Assembly (NCBI GenBank): GCA_051294375.1
Contig: CM119268.1
Span: forward strand, 7,774,632-7,838,631
Direction: 5' to 3'
Source: Paraspadella gotoi
Taxonomy: Eukaryota; Animalia; Chaetognatha
Length of the DNA: 64,000 nt
The notes below the pieces were generated by a model that was given only the letters and a program-made list of their open reading frames with translations, did not search any database and was not told where the DNA came from. Both the position numbers and the translations under genes were made by a program. How positions within the stretch are numbered: position 1 is the first letter of the stretch; every line of letters begins with the position of its first letter. Positions 63,242-64,000 of this stretch are shown here, one piece after another.

Positions 63242-64000
63242 GTGAATCCGAATCGAAACGAAGAGAGAAAAAAAAAACAAGAAAACAAAAGCGCAGATCA
63301 GTTTTTTATTTTCATTATTTTTTTTTTTTAATTTTCCAGTCGTCCTCCCCCTTTCTCTTTCCGAAACAAAAACAAAAAAAACCGAGAGAGAGGGACAGAG
63401 AACATTTGTTTTTTTCGCGTCGTCCTCTCTTTTCTATTCTCTTTTCTATTCTCTTTTCTTTTCTATTCTCTTCTCTTTTCTTCCGATCTTTTCCCCTCAG
63501 TTCTGAAAAAAAATTTGACGACGTCGTTGCTTTTTCGTTCACTAGTCCAAAAAAATATCACAATCGCTGTGTTAGATCGTCTTTTTTTTTCCGTAACGAC
63601 GTTAGATTATATCGTGTTATTCGTTTTAAATGTCAGAAAACCAAAAAAAAAGGCTAAAAACCTTCACGCGTAAATAAACAAACAAACGAGAGAATGAAGC
63701 TAAAGTTTTTTTTGTTTTAAATGCACAATTGAACTAAAAAAAAACCTGGCATATCTTCCCCCTCAAATAATATATCAGGCTTTTTTAGGGCTACGAATAC
63801 AACCCGATGATGTCATAGCCTAATAATAAACTCTTTAGCCAAAGCTCGTCTATCTTTTTAACCATATCACGTCAAATTAAAAAAAAAACATAAAAAATTA
63901 AAAAAAAAAAAAACAAAAGACATTTCCATTGATTCCAACTTTTTTCGACATCATTTTAACTCGCGCTTTTTCTTGTCCCCGCTCGATCCGGGTTTCGCAG

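Overview
Animal (invertebrate-type) genomic DNA: AT-rich introns, GC3-rich small exons and very dense (GA)n/(GAC)n microsatellites. Most ORFs in the supplied track are artefacts of those repeats. The main feature is the ectodomain part of a LAR-family (type IIa) receptor protein tyrosine phosphatase gene on the + strand (29651 to beyond 64000; 3 Ig + at least 7 FN3 domains, 22 hand-spliced exon positions). The signal-peptide exon was not located, and TM/PTP domains lie past the window. The most notable observation is an apparent isoform-diversification system in this gene: (i) two paralogous 111-nt, phase-1/1 exons for the C-terminal half of Ig2 (44248-44358 and 45348-45458), a Dscam-like mutually exclusive pair with a GC-rich stem-loop between them; (ii) an intronic paralogue of the Ig2 N-terminal strand; (iii) a frame-preserving 51-nt cassette between Ig3 and FN3-1; (iv) a giant in-frame E/K/R-rich exon after FN3-3 ending in a hydrophobic anchor-like segment; (v) a hidden Asp-rich frame just after the Ig2 middle exon. 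Two antisense genes are present: a complete 5-exon NADPH-dependent FMN reductase gene inside a Lar intron (with a GC-AG intron) and the 3' half of a divergent 7TM/GPCR-like gene at about 9.4-13.1 kb. Region 11832-24809 is very probably a false duplication (noisy, partly fold-back contig end before a 25-N gap). All models are manual, with no database or RNA evidence.
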